Source: Candidatus Chazhemtobacterium aquaticus (GTDB lineage: Bacteria; Patescibacteriota; Microgenomatia; UBA1400; Chazhemtobacteraceae). Taken from it: DNA of 64,000 nucleotides. Under the pieces are notes generated by a model, which was not told the origin of the DNA, searched no databases, and was given only the letters and a program-made list of their open reading frames with translations. Location: positions 280,984-344,983 of the forward strand of contig NZ_CP047901.1 of the NCBI RefSeq assembly GCF_009936135.1. Reading direction: 5' to 3'. Below are positions 49,956 through 58,148 of this stretch, piece by piece (the stretch's first letter is position 1; each line of letters opens with the position of its first letter). The translations under genes and the position numbers were made by a program.

Positions 49956-51116
49956 ATGCCATCCCAACCCAGAACCTTTTTTATCAAAACTTTTGGCTGT
50001 CAGGCCAATAAGTCCGACTCTGAGCGTATTGCCGGAGACTATCTGTCTCGTGGTTATACTGAAGTCTTAGACTGGCGTTCTGCTTCTGAAGTTGTCGTCA
50101 ACACCTGTTCTGTAAGACAGAGAGCAGAGGATCGAGTTAAGGGTTTTCTTCGCAACCTGGAAAAATATTATCTTGAGCACTCACCCAAACCTAAAGTCAT
50201 TCTCACCGGCTGTATGACTCATTACAGCCAAACCAAACTATACGAGCTTCTCCCTCAGATAGACGAAATTCTTCCCATTAACGAAGTTGGATTTAACCAA
50301 ACAGCTCTTAGAAAAGATCAATACCACGCCTGGGTCCCCATCTCCTCAGGTTGCAACTCATTCTGTACCTTCTGCATAGTCCCTTACTCTCGAGGGCGAG
50401 AACAATCTCGACCTCTCAAAGACATTCTCCAAGAAGTCAATCAACTAGCCAGTCAAGGTTATCAAGAAATCACCTTATTAGGCCAAAACGTCAACTCATA
50501 TGGCCTTGAAAAAGCCGGAATCGGTTATCGCAAACTTCTCATGAGCCGATCATCTTTCTCTCTTAACGACATCCCGACCAATGAGTCACAATACTTCCAC
50601 CCTCAAGAAACTCCGCCTTTCGTTAAACTTCTTCAAGAAATTTCCCGTATTCCTCGTATCAAAAAAATTAAATTTATGACCAGCAATCCCTGGGACTTTT
50701 GGGATGAACTTATAGAGGAAATTGCCAACAATCCCAAAATTGACCGTTATATCCACTTACCCATCCAATCAGGTTCCGATCGCATTCTCAAACTTATGAA
50801 CCGAGGCTATACCACCGCTGACTATAAAAAACTTGTCACCAAGCTTAAAACCCGCATCCCCGATCTAGTTTTAGGTACCGATATCATTGTCGGTTTTCCT
50901 TCAGAAACAAAAGCCGACTTTGAACAAACGCTATCACTTGCCAAACAAATTGATTGGCACATCGCCTTTGTTGCTCAGTACTCACCCAGACCTGGTACTG
51001 CCTCCCACCGGCTTTACCAAGATGACGTCTCACCTCAAGAAAAAAAACGACGTTGGACTATTCTTGACGACCTAATCAATAAAAAACACCTTCATGAAAG
51101 ACCGCTTATCAACTAA
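49956..51116 (+). CDS. miaB: MiaB-family radical-SAM methylthiotransferase
   Basis: UPF0004 domain (FFIKTFGCQANKSDSE..VNTCSVRQRAEDR) and radical SAM CNSFCTFCIVP. ATG at 49956; the track ORF opens at a TTG at 49941. Confidence 0.8.
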   Translation: MPSQPRTFFIKTFGCQANKSDSERIAGDYLSRGYTEVLDWRSASEVVVNTCSVRQRAEDRVKGFLRNLEKYYLEHSPKPKVILTGCMTHYSQTKLYELLPQIDEILPINEVGFNQTALRKDQYHAWVPISSGCNSFCTFCIVPYSRGREQSRPLKDILQEVNQLASQGYQEITLLGQNVNSYGLEKAGIGYRKLLMSRSSFSLNDIPTNESQYFHPQETPPFVKLLQEISRIPRIKKIKFMTSNPWDFWDELIEEIANNPKIDRYIHLPIQSGSDRILKLMNRGYTTADYKKLVTKLKTRIPDLVLGTDIIVGFPSETKADFEQTLSLAKQIDWHIAFVAQYSPRPGTASHRLYQDDVSPQEKKRRWTILDDLINKKHLHERPLIN

Positions 51117-52116
51117 TTTAGTAAAAGCTCTAGTTATCACCGGTCCCACCGCCACCGGAAAAACCACCCTTGCCCTAAAGCTAGCTAAACTTTTTCCAGC
51201 CGATCTCATCTCTGCTGACTCCCGTCAGGTCTACACCAGTCTTAATCTCATTCCAGGCAAAGACATACCCTCAAGTTTTCATAAAAAAAACTCCTCCATA
51301 ACTCTAAATCAATCTCCTATCCCCATCTACACCAACAACAAGACCTCTATCTACGGCTACGATTTAGTTGACCCAAATCAGCCTTGGAACTTAAATTTTT
51401 TCCATCAATTTGCCTGGAAAGTCATTATCTACGTATCCCAACAAAAACGGCTACCTATCATTGTCGGTGGCACTGGTCTCTATATCGACACTCTCTTTAA
51501 TCCCACTCCCAACACTCAAGTTCCTCCCAACCCCATTCTTAGAGCTAGGCTTGAAAAACTATCAATTAACAAACTCCAAAACAAACTACTCAATCTTAGC
51601 CCTGAAAAGTTTAATAGTCTCAACCATTCAGACCAACACAATCCTCGTCGTCTCATTCGCGCCATTGAGATTTTATCCTCTTCTGTTATTCACCCAAAAT
51701 CTAACCACTCCTCACCTCAACTCGACTGTCTTAAAATTGCTCTAACAGCACCCCTGTCTACTCTAGAAAAAAACATCACAAAAAGAGTCAAACAACGCCT
51801 AAACTCTGACTACTTAAACGAGCTAAACATCCTTAAATCCCTTGATCCCGACTTAAAATTACCTGCCTCCTCTGCTCTAGGCTACCAAATCTTAAGTGAC
51901 TTTCATCAAAAGAAGATTACTCGCCAACAAGCTACTACTCTCTGGGTCAATCAAGAACTAAATTACGCCAAAAGACAACTCACCTGGCTTCGTGCCCAAT
52001 CAAATTACCACTGGATCGATATAAGCCCTAAAAACCATGCCAAGCAAGTTGTTGATTTAGTCACACGCTGGTATAGTGAAACCAATCATGACAGATACAC
52101 GCAACCTCAAAATTGA
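51094..52116 (+). CDS. miaA: tRNA dimethylallyltransferase
   Basis: P-loop ALVITGPTATGKTTLAL, DLISADSRQVY, IVGGTGLY. Confidence 0.85.
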   Translation: MKDRLSTNLVKALVITGPTATGKTTLALKLAKLFPADLISADSRQVYTSLNLIPGKDIPSSFHKKNSSITLNQSPIPIYTNNKTSIYGYDLVDPNQPWNLNFFHQFAWKVIIYVSQQKRLPIIVGGTGLYIDTLFNPTPNTQVPPNPILRARLEKLSINKLQNKLLNLSPEKFNSLNHSDQHNPRRLIRAIEILSSSVIHPKSNHSSPQLDCLKIALTAPLSTLEKNITKRVKQRLNSDYLNELNILKSLDPDLKLPASSALGYQILSDFHQKKITRQQATTLWVNQELNYAKRQLTWLRAQSNYHWIDISPKNHAKQVVDLVTRWYSETNHDRYTQPQN

Positions 52117-53065
52117 AATCGGCCATCGAAGCATTATCTTCGCGATTCTATTCATACTTTCTCTCAAGTTCTTGGTCGTTATCCAAAGCATATTAATCAC
52201 CCTATTCATTTCTTTCTTACTCTCCACCGCCATCTTCCCCCTAGTTAACGCTCTCCACCGATTCCGCATCCCAAGAGCCCTTTCTACCGCCGTTATCTTG
52301 GTTCTACTAGTTGTCGGTGTTTCCCTAATTTTTGCCTCCATCATGCCATTAGTCATTTCCCAAACTAATGCATTTTTGATTCGTTTTCCAGATCTTCTTG
52401 ACCAGCTCGGCAGCTACAGCATTGATAGCTCTGTTCTCACTTCTCAGATTAGCAATTTATCTGGCAACATTCTTCGTCTTGCCTTTGATACTTTCTCCGT
52501 TGGAGTCATGCTCATGACCATCTTGGTTATTACTTTTTATCTTGTCCAAGAGCGCGCCCACCTAGACGAAAGACTCCGCTACCTATTTGGGGATCGTTCA
52601 GAAAAAGCCAAAAAAATGTATCTTGAAATCGAGACTCAGCTTGGTAAATGGGTTCGCACCATGGCCATACTCATGTTCCTCATTGGCCTTCAAACGTATA
52701 TCGGTCTTGAACTCATTGGCATTGAGTATGCCCTTCCCCTTGCCTTAATAGCTGGTTTGCTTGAGATTATCCCCAATATTGGACCAACCATTGCTGCCAT
52801 ACCCGCTGCTATTGTTGGTTTCGCTACCTCTCCTATTCACGGGTTTCTTACCGTTGGTCTGGCTGCTCTCATCCAGCAACTGGAAAATAATGTTCTTGTA
52901 CCCAATCTAATGAAATCCTCTACCGGACTTCACCCCGTTATAACCATTGTCGCTCTCTTAATTGGCTTTCAACTAGGTGGAGCCCTTCTTGCCGTCCTCA
53001 GTCTTCCCCTAGTTTTAGCTGGGAAAATAGTCCTTCTGCATTTTTACTCCGAAAAAAACTCGTAA
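52076..53065 (+). CDS. AI-2E family transporter (UPF0118/PerM-like)
   Basis: Multi-TM protein with the conserved ...LIAGLLEIIPNIGPTIAAIPAAIVGF... block. Confidence 0.75.
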   Translation: MKPIMTDTRNLKIEIGHRSIIFAILFILSLKFLVVIQSILITLFISFLLSTAIFPLVNALHRFRIPRALSTAVILVLLVVGVSLIFASIMPLVISQTNAFLIRFPDLLDQLGSYSIDSSVLTSQISNLSGNILRLAFDTFSVGVMLMTILVITFYLVQERAHLDERLRYLFGDRSEKAKKMYLEIETQLGKWVRTMAILMFLIGLQTYIGLELIGIEYALPLALIAGLLEIIPNIGPTIAAIPAAIVGFATSPIHGFLTVGLAALIQQLENNVLVPNLMKSSTGLHPVITIVALLIGFQLGGALLAVLSLPLVLAGKIVLLHFYSEKNS

Positions 53066-53078
53066 TCCAACATTAAAT

Positions 53079-53400
53079 TTAGTTATCCAGTCCCGTAAGC
53101 CGGATTCTGTTTTATGACAGTATCTATCTTCGCTCCCTACCTTAGCACTGGTCGAAGGCTACTCATAACGTGCATTTCGGGGATTGCAGCGGGGCGGGTT
53201 GCCAATCCAATCAGATTGCTCTAATCAGACCCTCCAGGTCAAAAAACCTATCGGCGTTTCACATTAACTCGTCTCTGTGGCCCTGTCGCGCTCTGATAGT
53301 TACCTACCAAAGAACCTGGTTTCCCAGGCCACCCTGCCTTCTGCTGTCCGGACTTTCCTCTCTTTTTAAAAGAGCACTGTCTCAGACTAGATAACCACTA
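53079..53400 (-). ncRNA. rnpB: RNase P RNA (bacterial type A-like)
   Basis: The minus strand carries GAGGAAAGUCCGGAC (complement of plus 53348-53362; P4 5' strand) and ACAGAAUCCGGCUUA (complement of plus 53091-53105; P4 3' strand). P1 pairs GGUUAUCUAGUC with GACUGGAUAACU at the ends, and a GGCAGGGUGGCCUGG-GAAA-CCAGG P5/5.1-like hairpin is present. An extended -10 (TGaTATAAT) lies just upstream at plus 53404-53412. Confidence 0.8.
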
Positions 53401-53463
53401 ACAATTATATCAAAATATATCAACTAAATCTTGTTTGTTGATATATTTTTTAGTCCAACTCAA

Positions 53464-53491
53464 TTGACATCCACCCCTCCTGCCCTATAAT
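53464..53491 (+). promoter_or_regulatory. sigma70-like promoter (TTGACA-16-TATAAT), divergent from rnpB, for the 53524 gene
   Basis: ttgaca at 53464-53469 and tataat at 53486-53491. Confidence 0.5.
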
Positions 53492-53523
53492 TGAAACTGA
53501 TTAACAAATAAATATCCTATTAA

Positions 53524-54225
53524 ATGAACGCTATTCCAACCGTTAACACTTGGCAAGTCGCCTTATTTGATGCATCATCTAATCTTCTCACCAGCATTGC
53601 TCTTTTTATTCCCAATCTTTTAGGTGCGCTAATCCTCTTCTTTGTGGGAATAGTACTTTCAGGTTGGATTAAATCACTTGCGGTTCGTTTGCTAAGTGGC
53701 CTTAATCTATCCAAATTATTTCAGGGCACAACCTTTAGCAAATTCCTCGAGCAAGCTGATTTAACCACCAAAATTGAACAGGTTGTCGGCGAACTTCTCC
53801 GTCTTTTAGTAGTACTCATCTTCTTCATCGCCTCAATTAACCTCCTTGGTCTTACCACCGTTACCGAAGTTCTCAATCGTATTCTTAATTACCTACCTCA
53901 CGTTTTTGCTGCCACCCTAATCATTGCCATTGGAACCATTATTGCTGGATTAGTTGAAAAAATTGTTAAAGGCTCCCTTGGTACAGTTGATGTCAAAACC
54001 TCCAGACTCTTAGCCAAAATCAGCAGCTATATTGTCATGGTCTTCACCATTTTAGCAGCCATGTCTCAACTAGGTATTGCCGCCACCTTTGTCAACACCC
54101 TCTTCATCGGCTTTGTCGCCATGTTAGCTATCGGACTTGGGTTAAGCCTTGGTCTAGGTTCCAAAGACTTAGTTAAAACCATTCTCGAAGATTGGTATAA
54201 GGACTTCAAAAAACAAGTCAGATAA
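53524..54225 (+). CDS. membrane protein with two MscS-type 'conserved TM helix' repeats
   Basis: Repeated L..LP....A.LI.A.G.I.AG-type TM helices (IALFIPNLLGALILFFVGIVLSGWI and LNYLPHVFAATLIIAIGTIIAGLV). 233 aa. Confidence 0.35.
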   Translation: MNAIPTVNTWQVALFDASSNLLTSIALFIPNLLGALILFFVGIVLSGWIKSLAVRLLSGLNLSKLFQGTTFSKFLEQADLTTKIEQVVGELLRLLVVLIFFIASINLLGLTTVTEVLNRILNYLPHVFAATLIIAIGTIIAGLVEKIVKGSLGTVDVKTSRLLAKISSYIVMVFTILAAMSQLGIAATFVNTLFIGFVAMLAIGLGLSLGLGSKDLVKTILEDWYKDFKKQVR

Positions 54226-54230
54226 CCTTC

Positions 54231-55001
54231 ATGACTAGTATTCAAGCGCTTTTCCTTGGTATTGTTCAAGGACTCACAGAGTTCCTGCCCGTCAGCTCTT
54301 CAGGCCATCTAGTTTTATTCCAATCATTCTTAGATATCTCCACACCCCCCCTTTTTTTTGATGTTTTAGTTCACGTAGGCACCTTGCTTGCCGTCCTTAT
54401 TTATTTCCGTCATCAATTAATCAGTTTTACCAAAACCCACCTACCCCAACTTATTATCGCCACCGTTCCCGCTATCATTGTTGGCCTGGCTATCTACACT
54501 ACCTCTCTTGAAATATTTACTAATCTCTATTTAACCAGCCTATCCTTCCTGCTAACCTCTGTATTACTTTTTCTTACCACCAGAGTTAAAACGACTACCC
54601 CAGTCAAAACAACCGCCTCGACCTCATCCATCAAAGTCACTCCCATAAAAGCATTATTTATCGGAACCTTTCAAGCTATTGCCATCCTCCCTGGTGTCTC
54701 ACGCTCAGGTTCTACCATCTCTGCCGGGATCTTTTCAGGTCTCTCTAAAAACACAGCCTTCACTTTTTCTTTTATATTAAGCATCCCTGCCATACTTGGC
54801 GCCTTGGTGTTAAACCTTACTGACACCTCAAACTTAGATGTTACCCTAACCCTACCCTCCTTAATCGGTTTCTCTGCTGCCCTCATCTCGGGGTTAATTA
54901 GCCTTTGCCTATTAAACTATGTTCTTAATCGCAAAAATCTCCTCCCCTTTGCCATTTACACCTATCTTCTTGGCTCATTCCTTTTAGGTCTTAGTTTATA
55001 A
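54231..55001 (+). CDS. uppP: undecaprenyl-diphosphatase UppP/BacA
   Basis: LGIVQGLTEFLPVSSSGHL and ...RSGSTISAGIF... motifs. 8 TM. Confidence 0.85.
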   Translation: MTSIQALFLGIVQGLTEFLPVSSSGHLVLFQSFLDISTPPLFFDVLVHVGTLLAVLIYFRHQLISFTKTHLPQLIIATVPAIIVGLAIYTTSLEIFTNLYLTSLSFLLTSVLLFLTTRVKTTTPVKTTASTSSIKVTPIKALFIGTFQAIAILPGVSRSGSTISAGIFSGLSKNTAFTFSFILSIPAILGALVLNLTDTSNLDVTLTLPSLIGFSAALISGLISLCLLNYVLNRKNLLPFAIYTYLLGSFLLGLSL

Positions 55002-55079
55002 ACTCTACTTTTAATCGACTCTTAGATAACCTCAACAAACACTCAACCACTCAGTTTTCTCACCTGAATACCACAAAAA

Positions 55080-55105
55080 CCCCGTCTACAACGGGGCTTT
55101 TGTTT
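55080..55105. terminator. bidirectional intrinsic terminator (uppP on +, small-gene pair on -)
   Basis: ccccgt-ctaca-acgggg (55080-55096) flanked by aaaaa upstream and cttttgttt downstream. Confidence 0.6.
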
Positions 55106-55123
55106 CTATAAGCAAAAAAATGC

Positions 55124-55282
55124 TTAGAACTCTGACACGTCAGCACCGATCAAAAACATGCCGGTACCACAAACTTCACAAACAGCCTTAACGGCTTTTT
55201 TACCATTTTTCATGGTTACTTGTTCGTGATTTTTTCCATTTCTCTTTTCGCGACACTTAACACAATACATCTGTCTTGCCAT
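55124..55282 (-). CDS. small zinc-ribbon protein (52 aa), DUF5679-like
   Basis: Minus-strand translation MARQMYCVKCREKRNGKNHEQVTMKNGKKAVKAVCEVCGTGMFLIGADVSEF, preceded by AAGGAGGTGA with a 7-nt spacing. Terminated by the bidirectional terminator. Below the ORF-track cutoff. Confidence 0.5.
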   Translation of the reverse strand: MARQMYCVKCREKRNGKNHEQVTMKNGKKAVKAVCEVCGTGMFLIGADVSEF

Positions 55283-55354
55283 TACAATCTCACCTCCTTT
55301 CTCAAAAGCTTCAAGGGCAGGTCACCCCGCCATTCTGCCGGGTTAGCTTAATAA

Positions 55355-55564
55355 CTAAGGCTTAAGGAAGTACCATAAGGCTACCTCCACGCCTACAGCA
55401 AGCATAGTTAGCCACAAACTCTTTGTCAAGTCTGCTCGAAGCCATCGGATCTCTTGTTTATCGCTATCAGCAACATCTTTTAAACTAACCACCTTTTTCT
55501 TTCTACTCACCAACTTTCGACTACTCGCCCTTACCTTATCCCTCCTCGTTCGTCTTTTTTTCAT
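55355..55564 (-). CDS. small basic protein with a C-terminal TM helix (69 aa), hypothetical
   Basis: K/R-rich N-terminal half, then LTKSLWLTMLAVGVEVALWYFL. Directly upstream of the Zn-ribbon minigene on the same strand. Weak SD. Confidence 0.3.
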   Translation of the reverse strand: MKKRRTRRDKVRASSRKLVSRKKKVVSLKDVADSDKQEIRWLRADLTKSLWLTMLAVGVEVALWYFLKP

Positions 55565-55626
55565 GGCTCCATTTTATCATTGCCAATTGACCCCTTATCC
55601 AACCTCAAGTTACAATCACAGCAGTC

Positions 55627-56091
55627 ATGAACCTCGAACCCTTTTATCCCTATATCATTACTCTCGCATTTATCTGGCTTGCTCTCCTATCCTTTTTCAT
55701 TTTCCGCCTAATCTCTCACTATAACTCACTCACTAGTGGCACCAAAAAAACCGATCTTGTCAGCACTCTCAACTCTATTCTTAAGCAACTACATGACAAC
55801 CAAAAAGATATCACGTCCACCAACGCCCGACTAGATCAGGAAATCGAAAACGCCAAAAAACACTTTAAATGTTTCGGCTTCAAACGCTTTAACCCCTTCA
55901 CTGATACTGGAGGAGACCAGAGCTTTGTTCTCACTCTTCTTGATGAAAACCATGACGGATTTGTGATAAGCTCTCTACATGGTCGCGAAAACACCCGAGT
56001 CTATGCTAAACGCATCAGTCTGGGTAAAGCTCCCGATCAGGCTCTATCTAAAGAAGAGCTAGAAGTCATCAATCAAGCTATTAAGAAATGA
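55627..56091 (+). CDS. DUF4446-like membrane protein
   Basis: N-terminal TM helix, then the conserved C-terminal block FGFKRFNPFTDTGGDQSFVLTLLDENHDGFVISSLHGRENTRVYAK. Confidence 0.45.
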   Translation: MNLEPFYPYIITLAFIWLALLSFFIFRLISHYNSLTSGTKKTDLVSTLNSILKQLHDNQKDITSTNARLDQEIENAKKHFKCFGFKRFNPFTDTGGDQSFVLTLLDENHDGFVISSLHGRENTRVYAKRISLGKAPDQALSKEELEVINQAIKK

Positions 56092-57236
56092 AATCAAAAT
56101 TAATACCACTCTCTTTTTTTGTCTACATTATCGCCACTGGAATATCCTTTGTCGCTTTCCGCTCTCTTCTTCCCGGAGCCGAAGCTCTGATTAACCCTGC
56201 TGCCGTTGTTTACGAAGATGGTAGTCTTGTTATCGACCCAGGAGAACCCAAAACTGAAATCTGCCCCATCAACGGTGACTACTTCACCGTTACCGAGAAA
56301 ACAGCCTGGGAAAAACGACGCCCCCTCTTAGTTATGATAGAAAATCATCAAGAATCTCGTCCTCAGTCAGGTCTTGGTCAAGCAGATTTAGTCTATGAAG
56401 CTGTCGCCGAGGGGGGTATTACTCGTTTCATGGGAGTTTTTTATTGTGACGCCGTCAGTCAAGATAATATTGTAGGCCCCGTTCGCTCCGCCAGAACCTA
56501 TTACCTCGACTGGGCTTCAGAGTACAGCAAAAATCCTCTCTATGCTCATGTTGGCGGAGCCAACACCCCCAACAAAGCCAATGCCTTAGGACAAATTGTC
56601 GATTACGGCTGGGGTGGGGAAAATGACCTTAACCAATTTGCTCTTACCGTCAATGAATGCTGGCGTGATTACTCAAGACTTGGACGCCAGGTTGCTACCG
56701 AGCATACCATGTACTGTTCCACTGAAGCTCTCTGGAAAATCGGTGCAAACCGAGGTTGGGCAGCCAAAGGTGAAGATGGGGAGCTCTGGTCTGATCAATT
56801 TACCCCATGGAAATTTGCCGACCCCAAACCAGTCTCCTCACCCGAAATAGACACCATTGCCTTTGACTTCTGGGATTATCCTCAGTACTCAGTCTCGTGG
56901 AAATACGATCCCGAGTCGAATCAGTATCTCCGTTCCAACGGAGGGTCAGAGCATCTCGACAACAACACTGACACTCAACTCACTGCCAGAGTTGTCATCA
57001 TCCAGTATGTGACCGAAACTGGTCCAATCGACGATCACAAACACATGCTCTACGGTACCATCGGCACCGGCAACGCCTTAGTCTTTCAAAATGGACAGGT
57101 AATTAAAGCTACCTGGTCAAAATCTTCCCGAACCGATCGAACCATCTTTCTTGACCCCTCAAAGAAAGAAATTGAATTCGCTCGCGGCAAAATCTGGATC
57201 GAGGCTCTTCCTAAAGGCAACCAGGTTGACTACTAA
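56088..57236 (+). CDS. DUF3048 (YerB-like) secreted or membrane-anchored protein
   Basis: N-terminal signal/TM segment. LLVMIENHQESRPQSGLGQADLVYEAVAEGGITRFMGVFY and the C-terminal ARVVIIQYV...GTGNALVFQNGQVIKATW pattern are typical of DUF3048 N- and C-domains. Confidence 0.5.
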   Translation: MKSKLIPLSFFVYIIATGISFVAFRSLLPGAEALINPAAVVYEDGSLVIDPGEPKTEICPINGDYFTVTEKTAWEKRRPLLVMIENHQESRPQSGLGQADLVYEAVAEGGITRFMGVFYCDAVSQDNIVGPVRSARTYYLDWASEYSKNPLYAHVGGANTPNKANALGQIVDYGWGGENDLNQFALTVNECWRDYSRLGRQVATEHTMYCSTEALWKIGANRGWAAKGEDGELWSDQFTPWKFADPKPVSSPEIDTIAFDFWDYPQYSVSWKYDPESNQYLRSNGGSEHLDNNTDTQLTARVVIIQYVTETGPIDDHKHMLYGTIGTGNALVFQNGQVIKATWSKSSRTDRTIFLDPSKKEIEFARGKIWIEALPKGNQVDY

Positions 57237-57367
57237 AGCTAGACCCAATAAGAGCGATACTCTCTTGTCCCACCAATCCTCCTCTTGACGTTTTCCACAT
57301 TCATTAGTTACACTGCACACAATTCCTACTCAAAGGATAATTAGACTTATTAGACCTAAACGTATCT

Positions 57368-57949
57368 ATGGCTAAGCTAACCGACTTCATGGTTTCTCGA
57401 GTTCGAGTTAAGATGATTCAGACCTTTCTAAGTCATCCCGGTGAAATGTTTTATGTTCGTCAGCTCACCAGAGAAACCAAAGAAGAAATCAATGCTGTCC
57501 GTCGTGAACTACAAAGAATGGAAAAATCAGGCATGCTCAAATCTGAGCATCGGGGCAATCGTCTTTACTACTTCTTTAAACCAAGCTATCTCTTTTACCA
57601 GGAATTGCTCTCACTGGTTGCCAAAACTACTGGTTTAGGCAAAGCCATTATTAAAAACCGGCAGAAACTCGGCCAGATCAAATTTGCCATGTTCTCTGGT
57701 AAATATGTTCGCGGCCTACCTCGCTCTAATGACGACGTCGAACTCCTTATAGTCGGCCAAGTCATTCTTCCTCAACTAGCCATTTTAATTCGAGAAAACG
57801 AAGCCAAAACAGGTCAAGAAATCAACTATACCGTCATGACCGAAGACGAACTCAAATTCAGAAAAAACCGACGTGACCCCTTCATTCTCCAGGTACTAAG
57901 CAACTCTAGAGTTATGCTCGTTGGTGACGAGCAGGAACTAGTCTCCTAA
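57368..57949 (+). CDS. winged-HTH fused to a minimal nucleotidyltransferase (Pol-beta-like NTase) domain
   Basis: N-terminal wHTH (FYVRQLTRETKEEINAVRRELQRMEKSGML). C-terminal AMFSGKYVRGLPRSNDDVELLIVG fits the hG[GS]x9-13Dh[DE]h nucleotidyltransferase motif. Confidence 0.45.
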   Translation: MAKLTDFMVSRVRVKMIQTFLSHPGEMFYVRQLTRETKEEINAVRRELQRMEKSGMLKSEHRGNRLYYFFKPSYLFYQELLSLVAKTTGLGKAIIKNRQKLGQIKFAMFSGKYVRGLPRSNDDVELLIVGQVILPQLAILIRENEAKTGQEINYTVMTEDELKFRKNRRDPFILQVLSNSRVMLVGDEQELVS

Positions 57950-58138
57950 ATGAAACAAAAAATTATCAAAGCTGGTAACTCTCTTGCTGTAACCATTCCC
58001 AGCAAATTTGCTAAAGATGTGGGTGTCAAGCTGGGTGACAGTGTCAGCGTTACTACTCGTCCGGATAAAGGACAACTAATTCTTAACTTTTCTGGAATTC
58101 GCCAACTCACTCTTACCTCTTCTCTCACCAAGAGTTAA
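57950..58138 (+). CDS. AbrB/MazE/SpoVT-family small DNA-binding protein (antitoxin-like swapped-hairpin domain)
   Basis: MKQKIIKAGNSLAVTIPSKFAKDVGVKLGDSVSV matches the MazE/AbrB N-terminal signature. The ATG directly abuts the stop of the upstream gene (TAAATG). Confidence 0.5.
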   Translation: MKQKIIKAGNSLAVTIPSKFAKDVGVKLGDSVSVTTRPDKGQLILNFSGIRQLTLTSSLTKS

Positions 58139-58148
58139 AATCACTACT

